The notes below the pieces were generated by a model. That model saw nothing but the letters and a program-made list of their open reading frames with translations. It did not search any database and was not told the origin of the DNA. A stretch of DNA of 63,829 nt, counting the filler, from Octopus bimaculoides (lineage: Eukaryota): the NCBI RefSeq assembly GCF_001194135.2. It is 4 parts of 4 records of this genome, joined end to end, with 100 filler letters (N's around TTAATTAATTAA, not from the genome) between each part and the next. Parts side by side here need not be neighbours in the genome. Positions count along the whole stretch, not along the records: positions 31,681 to 53,733 come from NC_068986.1; positions 53,834 to 63,829 come from NC_068984.1; 2 more parts are not named here. One strand, 5' to 3'. Position numbers and translations under genes: made by a program. Positions 47,780-60,039 of the stretch are shown one piece after another. The first letter of the stretch is position 1. Each line of letters starts with the position of its first letter.

Positions 47780-48170
47780 TAGGTTGCAGGTGTGGTTGTG
47801 TGGTAAGAAGTTTGCTTCCCAACTACATGGTTCTGGATTCAGTCCCACTACATGGCACCTTGGGTGTCTTCTACTAAAGCCTTTGGCTGACCAAGACCTT
47901 GTAAGTGGATTTGGTAGATGAAAACTGAAAGAAACCTATCATATACATGTGTGTGTTTCTGTCTGTGCTTGTCCCCTGCTGCTGCTTGATAACCTGTGTT
48001 GGTGTACTTACATCCCTGTGACTTAGCAGTTCACTAAAAGACTCATATAGAATAATTGACTGGTTTAAAAAACAAAAGTATTAGGGTTGATTCATTCAAG
48101 TAAAATTCCTCAAGGCAGTGCCCCAGCATGGTCGCAGTCTAATGATTGAGACAAGTAAAAGATACAAGAA
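47780..48170 (+). mobile_element. SINE family B, old full-length copy
   Basis: gcaggtgtggttgtgtggtaag...cagcatggtcgcagtctaatgattgagacaagtaaaaga. Confidence 0.8.
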
Positions 48171-48759
48171 TAAAGAAAATACTGAAGGTGAATGAGACCC
48201 AATTAGGTTGAAATCAAGTTATAACATAATAATTACCCAACACCGGATATATGTATAAATTTATGTACATTTTAACTTAGAACTACCCTATAATTTGGGT
48301 TAAATATTCCACATTTCTCCAACAGTTCTTTATTGTCATTTTTAATTTACTCTTTTCTTTTGGTTTAATTTTTTAATTAGATTTCTTTCTCTTGTTACTG
48401 AAAACCAAATCTCTGGAGAGATTGCAACTATTTCAATAAACTCACTATGTGACTTCTTACCCACAGCCCAATGAGATTTTGCATTGCTTTGACATTTTGT
48501 TACATTTGGGTTTATAAAGGTTTTTTTGTTTCTATTTTTCTTTTCTATATAAGAGTAAGAGCAACTGAATTTTCTTTGTTTGGTTGGTCTTCAGGAAGAA
48601 TTTATGTAATTCCTGTGTTTCAGTAATTTTTGTAATTTATGTAATTCTTTCTAATTAATTAGAGGTGGTGGGCTCACTAGCAAGCTAGTTATAATGGTTT
48701 GAAGAGACCTAAAAGAAACGGAATTTAAAAAGTAATGAATTTTGCCAGGCTGTGTTTCT

Positions 48760-50050
48760 TGTATTAGATTACATTACACATCAAGGGACACTACACACTA
48801 TTGTCTTACACGAAGCTGGACAACACAGCAGCCAACACAGTATGTCACATCATACAACATTGTGTTACATGGCACTGATGACATAATACCACAATATACT
48901 TCATAGCGTCACACTGCACTATGCCACACAACACAGTAATATACTGTAATGTGTCACATATGGCTCAGTGGTTAGAACGTTGGGCTTTCAATTGTGAGGT
49001 TGTAAGTTTGATTCCTGGACTAGACTGTGTGTTGTGTTCTTGAGCAAGACACTTTATTTCATGTTGTTCCAGCTTACTTAGCTGTAGAAATGATTTGCAA
49101 TGTCACTGGTGCCAAGCTGTATTAACCTTTGTCTTTTTCTCTTGGACAAATTGGTGGCATGGAGAGTGAGGACTGGTAAACATAAGCAACTGCTGTTCTT
49201 CCACAAATAACCTTGCCTGGGCTTGGAAGGGAACTTTCTGGGTGCAATCCTGGTCATTTGTGTTTGAAGGGAGTCTACAATATTACAGTGAATCACATTG
49301 CACTGATCATCTGACACCACAATACATCACATTATGTCATACTTTGGTTGACCATACAGCACTACAATACTATCATACTGCACTTCATTATTCTGCACTA
49401 ACACTGCAATACTCCATTCTGCATCACGCAATACAACACCATCGTGGCACACCACACAGTGTCACAATTGCATTAGCCACACTCCACAATACATACCACA
49501 TTATGTCACAGTGCACAACACCCCACAATGTCATAATATCTTGCGATATATCATTTTATGTTACACTGCACTGAATGCACATCACAAGATAATATACAAT
49601 GTAGTCACACTGTGCTAGAGAAGGCATGTGACTGAGTGGTTATCATTGGGCTCATGATGATAAGATTGTGGTTTCGAATCCTGGATCAAGCAACACATTA
49701 TGTTCTTGAGCAAAACACTTCATTTCACATTGTTCCAGTCCACTCAGCTGGTTAAAGTGTGTAATCCTGCAGCAGACCAGCATCCCATCCAAGTGAAAAA
49801 TATACTTACCTTAGAAACTGGTAAACTGGGCCTATGAGCTGGTGTGCCTCAAGAAGGTAAATTCACCTTTACTTTTATACTATGCTACACTGCAACACAA
49901 CAAAGCACAGCACCATGTCACATTGCACTTCACAACACTATCCCACAACTTTAAACTACACCATACTGCACAAGACTGCACAACACCACAATATATCTCA
50001 AAACACCCCACAATGACACATAGTTGATTACATAACACTACAATATGCTT
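48760..50050. repeat. Degenerate CA-rich low-complexity satellite carrying two SINE family D heads (about 48958-49250 and 49620-49850)
   Basis: Iterated cacact/cacaac/catac motifs; heads tggctcagtggttaga...gtgtt.ttgagcaagacacttt.atttca..ttgttccag. Confidence 0.7.
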
Positions 50051-50602
50051 CATTGTGTCACATGAGCCAGCTGGCAGGCAAGTGTTCCTCGGCAACTGTA
50101 CAATGGTTCAACATACAGGACAAACTAAAAATATAAATTAATAAAAATAGAAATATAAATTAATAAAATTATGGGCAAAGACGGGATTGTCATAGCTAGA
50201 ATGCCAGTTGAATGATAAATTTTTGATATGCAGGAAAATATGGTTTAACATGTGTTTGTCATTTAAGAACAATAGAATCAGAGAATGGCATTTAAGAACA
50301 TTAGAATCAGAGCATGGCAGCTTTAAACCTACTGCTTAGGTAATTTTTTTTTTTTTACTATTTCCTTCATTTTTTTCATTTTTTTTCTTTACAAAGTCTT
50401 CAAAACTAAGAACAATTAAAAAGTATTTAAAACATTTATATGTATCAGGCAATGCTTCATGAAACTCTGCTACTCTAATATATATATGCATGCCATACAT
50501 ACATACATTCATACATAAATACATTCATACATAAATACATACGTACATACATACATTCATACATACATACAAGTGTACAAACATATAATATAAATATAAA
50601 TA

Positions 50603-50820
50603 TTATAATCCTACAAGTTGTTTTGATTCAGACCCAATAATGAATTTATAAAAAAATTCAGGTTTATGGGTAAGAATCTCATCAAGGAAGTGTTTGACAA
50701 AAATTAGACAAAAATTACACATGAGGATTGTTAGCTCCTGATGAGATTCTTATCCATAAACATGAATTTTTTTATAAATTCATTATTGGTTCTGAATTGA
50801 AACAACTTGTTGGATTATAA
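50603..50820. repeat. Inverted repeat, ~85-bp arms (50603-50688 / 50736-50820), each arm an HHR-like unit
   Basis: Right arm CTGATGA-GATTC-(~45 nt)-GAATT-GAAA-CAACTTG-TT-GGA; left arm (minus) TCC-TTGATGA-GATTC...GAATC-AAAA-CAACTTG-TA-GGA. Confidence 0.85.
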
Positions 50821-51344
50821 AATTTGTATTTATATCATATTATAATAATGATATAATATTATGTTAATAAATTAGAATATATCAATCGTAAATCTCCATT
50901 TTCCTTTCATTTTTGTATATTTAATATATACCCATTTGAGGTGTGGAAAAGTTATTCTTGGCCATATTGGGTATTAAACTGCCAAACCAGTGAAAAATAG
51001 AATGTTTCCATCCCTATAAAGGAAACTGTTTTCCTTGTATTGGATTTTGATTTATATGTTTTTTTTTTATTCCTTTTACTTGTTTCAGTCATTTAACTTA
51101 TTCTTTGTAAGCCTGGTATTTATTCTATTGGTCTCTTTTGCTCAACGACTGTTATGGGAAGGGTGCTTAAAGGCACCAACATCAGTTGTCAAGTGATGGT
51201 GGGTGGGGGGACAAACACAGACACAAATACATACATATATATATATGTATATGTGTATGTATATGTATATATATATACATATATACATACACATACACAC
51301 ACATACACACGTAAGCGGACGTTAAACGATGATGATGATGATGA

Positions 51345-51383
<39 letters not shown>

Positions 51384-52575
51384 NNNNNNNNNNNNNNNNN
51401 NNNNNNNNNNNNNNNNNNNNNNNNNNNNNNNNNNNNNNNNNNNNNNNNNNNNNNNNNNNNNNNNNNNNNNNNNNNNNNNNNNNNNNNNNNNNNNNNNNNN
51501 NNNNNNNNNNNNNNNNNNNNNNNNNNNNNNNNNNNNNNNNNNNNNNNNNNNNNNNNNNNNNNNNNNNNNNNNNNNNNNNNNNNNNNNNNNNNNNNNNNNN
51601 NNNNNNNNNNNNNNNNNNNNNNNNNNNNNNNNNNNNNNNNNNNNNNNNNNNNNNNNNNNNNNNNNNNNNNNNNNNNNNNNNNNNNNNNNNNNNNNNNNNN
51701 NNNNNNNNNNNNNNNNNNNNNNNNNNNNNNNNNNNNNNNNNNNNNNNNNNNNNNNNNNNNNNNNNNNNNNNNNNNNNNNNNNNNNNNNNNNNNNNNNNNN
51801 NNNNNNNNNNNNNNNNNNNNNNNNNNNNNNNNNNNNNNNNNNNNNNNNNNNNNNNNNNNNNNNNNNNNNNNNNNNNNNNNNNNNNNNNNNNNNNNNNNNN
51901 NNNNNNNNNNNNNNNNNNNNNNNNNNNNNNNNTATATATATATATATATATATATATAGAAACTCTGTCTATGGTGGACCTCAATATATCTAACACAGCC
52001 ATCACCACTACCACCGCCAAGCAATCTTTTGGAAGCTTTGCAATGGCTATGGAGGGGGGGGGCCCCTTCTTCCTCACACTAAATCATACAATATAAAAGA
52101 GGGTCATGGAAATATATTTGTGCCTGTTTATCATTCCTTATCATCCAGACTGTAAACGGATCTGACTGTTGATGTGAACGTTCTTTCAGCAATCAAGAAA
52201 ACATGTTTGGTGTTAGTATGCTGTGGTGTGGTTGGTTAGGAGTGTGTATGATTTTTGTGTGATGTTGCTGTCTGAGTGTGGTGTGAGTGTTTGGTGAGTG
52301 TGGGTGTGCTGTGTGGTGTGAGGCCAATGATTTAGCTAAAAGCTTGTTCCAAAGATATGATATCTGTCTAATGAGTTCAGCATACATTTCCTTATTACAC
52401 ATCCAGATACACATGCATGCGCACAAATAAACACACTTGCACAGATGCACTCATGCACATACCAACAGATGTAAGTATATATATATATACACACACACAC
52501 AAACACACACACATGCACACACACCTACATATCTATATATATATATCTATATCTATATCTATTTATATATATATA

Positions 52576-52606
<31 letters not shown>

Positions 52607-52782
52607 ATATATATATATATNNNNNNNNNNNNNNNNNNNNNNNNNNNNNNNNNNNNNNNNNNNNNNNNNNNNNNNNNNNNNNNNNNNNNNNNNNNNNNNN
52701 NNNNNNNNNNNNNNNNNNNNNNNNNNNNNNNNNNNNNNNNNNNNNNNNNNNNNNNNNAGATATAGGTGTCTATGTGTGTGTG

Positions 52783-53095
52783 AAGGCATAGGACTTAGTG
52801 GTTAAGGCATTCAGCTCACAATTGTAAGGTCGTGAGTTCAATTCCTAGTGACACGTTGTGTCCTTGAGCAACACACTTTATTTCACGTTGCTCCAGTCCA
52901 CTCAGCTGGCAAAGATGAGTAGTACCTGTATTTTAAAGGGCCAGCCTTGTCACACTCTGTGTCATGCTGAATCTCCCTGAGAACTACGTTAAGGGTACAA
53001 GTGTTTGTAGAGTGCTCAACCACTTCATGAGCAAGCTGTTCCATTGACCTTATCAGCTGGGACCCTCATCATAGTAACCGACAGAGTGCTCCTTT
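52783..53095 (+). mobile_element. SINE family D: own tRNA-like head and body joined to the family-C 3' half
   Basis: Head taggacttagtggttaagg...gagttcaattcc; gtccttgagcaa.acactttatttcacgttgctccag; then agggccagccttgtcacac...tacgttaagggtac as in family C. Confidence 0.8.
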
Positions 53096-53096
53096 C

Positions 53097-53136
<40 letters not shown>

Positions 53137-53184
53137 GCATATATATATATATACATATATATATGTATAATATATGTATATGTA

Positions 53185-53733
53185 TAATCACAGAGGAGTT
53201 CAAGACAGGTTGCCCCTGGGAGCTCCTCTATGCTGATGACCGTGCACTAATTGTGGAGTCACTATCAGAACTAGAGGAGAAGTTTCAGGTGTGGAAGCAA
53301 GGTCTAGAATTGAAGGGCCTTAGAGTCAACCTAGCTAAAACCAAAATTCTAATAAGTATGCAGAAAAGGAGTAGATAGTAACTCTATAAGATATACCCGG
53401 TGCAAGCTATGGACACATAAGAGGTGCAGCAATATCAAAGGCAGGTTAACTAGGAAGTTAGTTTTTGTATGTGGCAGATGTTTAGGTGCAATAAAGACTG
53501 TAAACAAACAGGAAACAACTTCTATCTCATTCCAGGGTGAAAAACTAGAGGTAGTCGATAGCTTCCGCTATCTGGGTGACCAAGTTAGTAGTGGGGGTGG
53601 GTGCACTGAAAGTGTAGCTGCTAGAATAAGAATAGCCTGGGCAAAGTTTAGAGAGCTCTTACCTCTGCTGGTGATAAAGGGGACTCTCACTCAGAGTAAA
53701 AGTCAGACTGTATGATGCATGTGTACGAACAGC
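53185..53733 (+). mobile_element. RTE LINE reverse transcriptase fragment
   Basis: GCPWELLYADD..LI.ESL.ELEEKFQVWK.GLE.KGLRVNLAKTK; EKLEVVDSFRYLGD...RIRIAWAKFRELLPLL. Confidence 0.9.
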
Positions 53734-54144
53734 NNNNNNNNNNNNNNNNNNNNNNNNNNNNNNNNNNNNNNNNNNNNTTAATTAATTAANNNNNNNNNNN
53801 NNNNNNNNNNNNNNNNNNNNNNNNNNNNNNNNNATATATATATATATATATATATAGGCAATAGCAGAAGACACTTGCCGAAGGTGCCAGGCAGTGGGAC
53901 TGGACCTGGAACCATGTGGTTGGGAAGCAAGCTTCTTAACACACAGCCACTATATCTTTATTAATATTTAGCAGAAGCAACAGTGACTCAAGGGCTGAGA
54001 GTTTCATGTATTGACACTTATTTGATAAGGACCAATGCACAAAACTCTTGATGCTTGAGTCACTCTGTTGCTTCTGCTAAATATTAATGAAAATATATGT
54101 ATACTCATACTTTGAGTTCTATTTTTCCTGTTTGGATCACCATG

Positions 54145-54217
<73 letters not shown>

Positions 54218-54254
54218 NNNNNNNNNNTATATATATATTTATATATATATGTAT

Positions 54255-55010
54255 GCAGGAGTGGCTGTGTGGTAAGAAGCTTGCTTCCCAACCACATGGT
54301 TCTGGGTTCAGTCCCATTGCATGGCACCTTGGGCAAATGTCTTGTGCTGACTAAAGCCTTGTGAGTGGATTTGGAAGACAGAAACTGAAAGAAGCCTGTC
54401 GTATATATGTATTTGTTATTTGTGTCTGTAGTGGAGGCGCAATGGTCCAGTGGTTAGGGCAGCTGACTTGCGGTCATAGGATCGCGGTTTCAATTCTCAG
54501 ACCGGGCGTTGTGAGTGTTTATTGAGCAAAAACACCTAAAAGCTCCACGAGGCTCCGGCAGGGGATGGTGGTGAACCCTGCTGTACTCTTTCACCACAAC
54601 TTTCTCTCACTCTTACTTCCTGTTTCTGTTGTGCCTGTAATTCAAAGGGTCAGCCTTGTCACACTCTGTGTCACGCTGGATCTCCCCGTGAACTATGTTA
54701 AGGGTACACGTGTCTGTGGAGTGCTCAGCCACTTGCATTATAATTTCACGAGCAGGCTGTTCCGTTGATCAGATCAACTGGAACCCTCGGACGGAGTGCC
54801 AACAACATTTGTGTCTGTGTTTTTCCTCCCACCATTTCTTGACAACCGATGTTGGTGTGTTTATGTCTCTGTCACTTAGCAGTTTGGCAAAAAAAGGCCG
54901 ATAGAATAAGTACTAGGCTTACAAAGAATAAGTCCTAGGGTCAATTTGTTCAACTAAAGGTGGTGCTCCAGCATGGCTACAGTCAAATGACTGAAGAAGA
55001 ATAAAAGAAT
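54255..55010 (+). mobile_element. SINE family B interrupted by a full SINE family C (54430-54806, 12-bp TSD)
   Basis: TSD ATTTGTGTCTGT at 54418-54429 and 54807-54818. Confidence 0.9.
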
Positions 55011-55377
55011 ATATATATATATATGATACAGTGTGGACTAAAATCCCTGTAGACAGGCCACTAGTATTAAATAAAATGTTAAATATTTATGATATGCAAA
55101 TTAGTAGCTCCAATTCCTTGAAGCTGATGGATTTGTTGTGTACATAAACAGATCAGCTACTTGTTTCCCTGGGCTTGATCAAATGATGTAAGTGCCTAAT
55201 GAGAACCCTGATCTAGCTATATGTATGTATATATGTGTATATATATAGATATATATTGATATATGAAGATTATGAATTTGCAATAGAAAACCCTGTTTTG
55301 GAGGTATATAGTACACTGTTCTATGAGGGTCAGTTCAACAAAAAAGTACCTCATCTGTGTGTGTGTATATATATATA

Positions 55378-55930
55378 TCATCATCGTTTAACGTCCACTT
55401 TCCATGCTAGCATGGGTTGGACAATTTGACTGAGGACTAGCAAACCAGATGGCTGCACCAGGCCCCAATCTGATCTGGCAAAGTTTCTACAGCTGGATGC
55501 CCTTCCTAACGCCAACCACTTCGAGTTTGTAGTGGGTGCTTTTACGTGCAACGGGCACCAGTCTGGTGGTACTGGCAATGGCCACGCTCAAATGGTATTT
55601 TTTATGTGCCACCTGCACAGGAGCCAGTCCAGCGGCACTGGCAACGACCTCGCTTGAATGTTTTGTTCACGAGTCACCAGCACAAGTGCCAGTAAGGCGA
55701 CGCTGGTAACGATTATGCTCAAATGGTGCATTTTACGTGCCACCAGCACGGAAGCCAGACAGCTGCTCTGGCAGTAACCCCGCTCGGATGGTGCTGTTAG
55801 CGTGCCACTGGGACGGGTGCCAGTCATCGAATTTGGTTCAATTTCGATTTCACTTGCCCCAACAGGTCTTCGTAAGCAGAGTTTAGTGTCCAGTGAAAGA
55901 AGGTTGGCATGGGTGCCAGTCGTTGAATTT
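55378..55930 (-). mobile_element. RTE LINE 3' end with (GAT)n tail and internal ~65-bp degenerate tandem units
   Basis: catcatcgtttaacgtccactttccatgctagcatgggttggac; repeated gctcaaatggt...ttta.gtgccacc.gcac.g.agccag...ctggcaa. Confidence 0.8.
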
Positions 55931-56578
55931 GGTTCGATGTGTATATATATTAATGTTTTTATATTGAGTTATAATGAAACAGCTTAATATTAAGTTAAAG
56001 GATAACCCAGTACTTTTGGTAATGTACTTATTTATTATGCATTTATGTAAACAGTGGTGACAGTGACTTCCAGTTTTCAGACTGTCAGCTTTCCTCAGTC
56101 CTAGGAATGCTTATAAGTTGAAACTTCAGAATCACTGTTACCACTATTCTTGTAAATGTATGATAAATATATGATGTATACACATCGTCACCTATATACT
56201 TTCATTTACAAATGAAAGTGTATCAAGTACATGATGATGAAATTGTTTTTATTAGGAGTCAGCTGAGGATTCACTCTGTTGCTACTCAGAGTTTCACACC
56301 ACATGTGTTTAAACAAGTAAAAACAAAGATGAATCATGTTGCCAAAATGACTGCATCTCAGCTAACACTTATACAAGCACTCCCAAGTGTGTGTAGATGT
56401 ATGCATATGAGTGTACAAGTGCATAATTGATCGATTTTGGTTGTGATGGTAATATTTATTACATTAATGGTGAGTCTTTTACAGTGATAGCTAATGTCAT
56501 TAAAGTTATATGAGTGAAGTAAAATCTCTTGGGAAAGACATAAATAGCTACTCCTAGAAGTTCAGTCATCAGTATTAC

Positions 56579-56617
<39 letters not shown>

Positions 56618-56849
56618 TAGAAGCAACATACTTGTTTGCTGGACATACTGTATGAATAATTTAACAATGGAAGAATTATCTATTAAGAAATATATTTTAT
56701 TATCTCTCTGATACAAAGATATAGTCTTTTACTCAATGCTTAGAAATACTTAGTTTGGCTGAAGTAAATGTCTTCCAAGAGAAAAAAATGTAACCAACTT
56801 AAGCAGTTTCTTTTCTTTACTAGATGCAGATTAACAAAGTTAACTGGAT

Positions 56850-56898
<49 letters not shown>

Positions 56899-57689
56899 NN
56901 NNNNNNNNNNNNNNNNNNNNNNNNNNNNNNNNNNNNNNNNNNNNNNNNNNNNNNNNNNNNNNNNNNNNNNNNNNNNNNNNNNNNNNNNNNNNNNNNNNNN
57001 NNNNNNNNNNNNNNNNNNNNNNNNNNNNNNNNNNNNNNNNNNNNNNNNNNNNNNNNNNNNNNNNNNNNNNNNNNNNNNNNNNNNNNNNNNNNNNNNNNNN
57101 NNNNNNNNNNNNNNNNNNNNNNNNNNNNNNNNNNNNNNNNNNNNNNNNNNNNNNNNNNNNNNNNNNNNNNNNNNNNNNNNNNNNNNNNNNNNNNNNNNNN
57201 NNNNNNNNNNNNNNNNNNNNNNNNNNNNNNNNNNNNNNNNNNNNNNNNNNNNNNNNNNNNNNNNNNNNNNNNNNNNNNNNNNNNNNNNNNNNNNNNNNNN
57301 NNNNNNNNNNNNNNNNNNNATATATATATATATATATAGTGTGTGTGTGTATTTTTGTATATGCATACATATATTTATATGTACATGAAAACACACACCC
57401 ACTCATGCGCACGCACACACACACATGTATATGTATGTATGTATTAGTTCAGATTTAGAATCCTTATGAAGTATTCATCTTTTACCTTTTGTAGTTGAGC
57501 ATTTTCTTCCTTTATGTTGAAGTATGGAGAACTTCATTGTGAGATGTGTAAAATAATGGAGTAGGGCAAAACCCAAAAATTCAGGAATGAGAAGGAATTG
57601 AAGGTTAATGCAAATATAAGTTTCAAAACAAGAAATCTCATTTTCTGCATCATATATGCACAATGCATTATATTGGCCAAACAGGATGG

Positions 57690-58380
57690 AAGTTAATACA
57701 TTGGATTAGGATACATAATAGCACTTCTATGCCAATTCCTTGTCTTCGATATTGGTGGCAAGTATGCCTTCATCATTCCAAATACACTGTTGGCATCTTG
57801 TCTTCACACACTGTCTATGATCCCCATGCCTATGATCCCCATGTGTTAGGACCTGCTTAAATCTCTTCTTTTTTGCCTCCCCCCTAGCTAAGTATACTTG
57901 TTGCCTCACTGCCCTTTCAGCCATTTGGTAATATTCCCTACTATCATCTTCCTTCCAGACTTTCCTAGCCTGTCTCTTCGCCTTTACAGCCCTATCAATC
58001 TCCACCACCAAATTTCAGGTTGCCTGGGGCAATACATACATACATTCATACATACATACATACATACATACATACATACGTGTGTGTCTGTGTGTGCACC
58101 CTCTCCAATCTCACTGTCACTACCTTTTCCCACTCTCCACCTGAGGTAGCCATGTTTCCCCACTAATGCAAGACTCCTTTCCTTGTCCCTCAGTATTACT
58201 CTCACCTCAGTTGGAGGGTTTTGTCTTGCATTAAGAAGGGCAACCAGCTGTAGAAAGCATGCCAAAGCAGTCAGCAGAGATTGGTGTAGTCTTCTGGACT
58301 TGCCAGTTCTTGTGGAATTGTCCAACACATGCCAGCATAGAAAACAGATGTTAAATGATAATATTGATGATGATGATGAT
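57690..58380. mobile_element. RTE ORF fragment (minus, about 57690-58205) abutting an RTE 3' tail (plus, about 58210-58380)
   Basis: IDRAVKAKRQARKVWKE..SREYYQ.A.RA...QVYLARGEA; tail aagggcaaccagctgtagaa...gatgttaaatgat...(GAT)n. Confidence 0.75.
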
Positions 58381-58984
58381 ATATGATTCATATAGAGATC
58401 TATATATGTGTATATTTAATATATATAATGAGTTAAAATCCTAGTCAACTTTGCCTTTTATCCATCTAGGGTTGATAAAACATTGCTGTGGTTTAGTACT
58501 ACTATCAATGATTCAAATACAATTGCTATTTCTGAATTTATGTGGAGATGAAATGCAGATACTGCTGATGTACAGATTTTTCCAGATATTTCAAGTTTAG
58601 TAAACTGTTTTTGCCTACATAGTCTACTATTTGTCTATTCAAATGCTAGTTTATATCTTCATTCCTATGGGGTGGTATTTGTTTTTGAAAGAGCTGGATG
58701 AAATTATTATAATTTATTTGATCTTCACATTCACCCTTGAGTGTTAAGTGGTGCCAGTGGCATTAGTAATAGTATTGACACTTAAAGGTTATGTTGTTAG
58801 TGGATATATCATGATTCAGGTCCAAAAGAAGTCCTGAGTATAACATTATTACATGAAGTACAGTACCTGACAAAATATCCGGTAAGCTTAGGACTAGAAG
58901 TGGCCTGGACTTTTGGATTTCCTGGTATTCTGGAGACAGTTTAAATATATACTTAAAATATTAAATTAATAATTATATATATAT

Positions 58985-59181
58985 ACAATTGCAGCATGGA
59001 AGGTGTTTATAAGCCATTTAAAATAACACGCAAAAACTGTTAGATTCACTTCAGCATTTAAATTGAATTTGTCAAAATATTTTCGTCATTTTGACAAATT
59101 AAATTTAAATGTTGAAGTGAATCTAATGGTTTTTGTGTGTTATTTTAAATGGCTTATAAACACCTTCCACGCTGCAATTGT
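58985..59181. repeat. Near-perfect palindrome, 94-bp arms (58985-59078 / 59088-59181), 9-nt spacer
   Basis: acaattgcagc.tggaaggtgtttataagccatttaaaataacac...tttgtcaaaat followed by its reverse complement. Confidence 0.95.
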
Positions 59182-59576
59182 TTTCGTTCCAGTACACGAT
59201 CTCAGATCAGGTCACTTGCTATGCAGGTACATCTCCGTAATATATATATATATATAATTATTAATTTAATATATAAATTGCTTATAATTTTTAATCCATG
59301 CTGACTATCTGATAATAATCATTAACGTGATTTTTATCTTTATTTTATGAATATATGCTTAAAATATAAAATAAATTATAAAAGTAAAGAATTAAATTGT
59401 ATTTAAGTAACTCTAATTAATACATTTCTAAAGCAGAGTCTGTTTGATATCTATTAATCCATTTAAAATTCTCAAAATATATCATACTGTACCATATATA
59501 CAGTAAAATGTATAGTGGATGAAAATCAAATAAAGAAAAAGTAAAGAGCATTATTTTATTTAAGATATAGGTACAA

Positions 59577-59790
59577 ATTAACCCTTTAACATTTAAACCA
59601 GCCATATCTGGTCCCAATAGTCCACCTGTTTTATTTTCAAACCAACTGGATCTGGCCTCTCACACCTACCTTACAATGTAATTCTAAAAATGAATAATCA
59701 CATCATTAAAATCTTATAGCTTTGAGGTAATGCATGATTAATTGGAAACAATGTAAATAAATAAGCATTACATCAGACTGACTAATGTAA
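59577..59790. mobile_element. piggyBac-type MITE remnant
   Basis: TTAACCCTTTAACATT start; degenerate taatgtaaaggcta end. Confidence 0.5.
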
Positions 59791-60039
59791 AGGCTACTTC
59801 TAAAGAGTAAGGAACAAAAATATTTTTAACTATTTTTTATGCAAATTAACCAACTTCAAAAACAGGGTCTGTTTTCTCAGTATAGAGTACCGTATATGCC
59901 CTGTGTTGCTCAGTATTCTTGAATTTCTGGAGGCCAGAGGAGAGGTTCGTTATTGTACTAGATGGAGAAAATTGAAACATTCTATAACCTGTAAGGTGTC
60001 ATTACATTACCACTGAAGGCTTCTGTTCATAGTTTATAT

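Noticed and set aside
55520-55930. Repeat-spacer-like array
   Set aside because: Eukaryotic context, degenerate tandem units without unique spacers, and no cas genes: not CRISPR.
56212-56430. 72-aa ORF and possible small exon 56256-56317
   Set aside because: No homology and no partner exons recognised; the 3' part runs into TG-rich low complexity.
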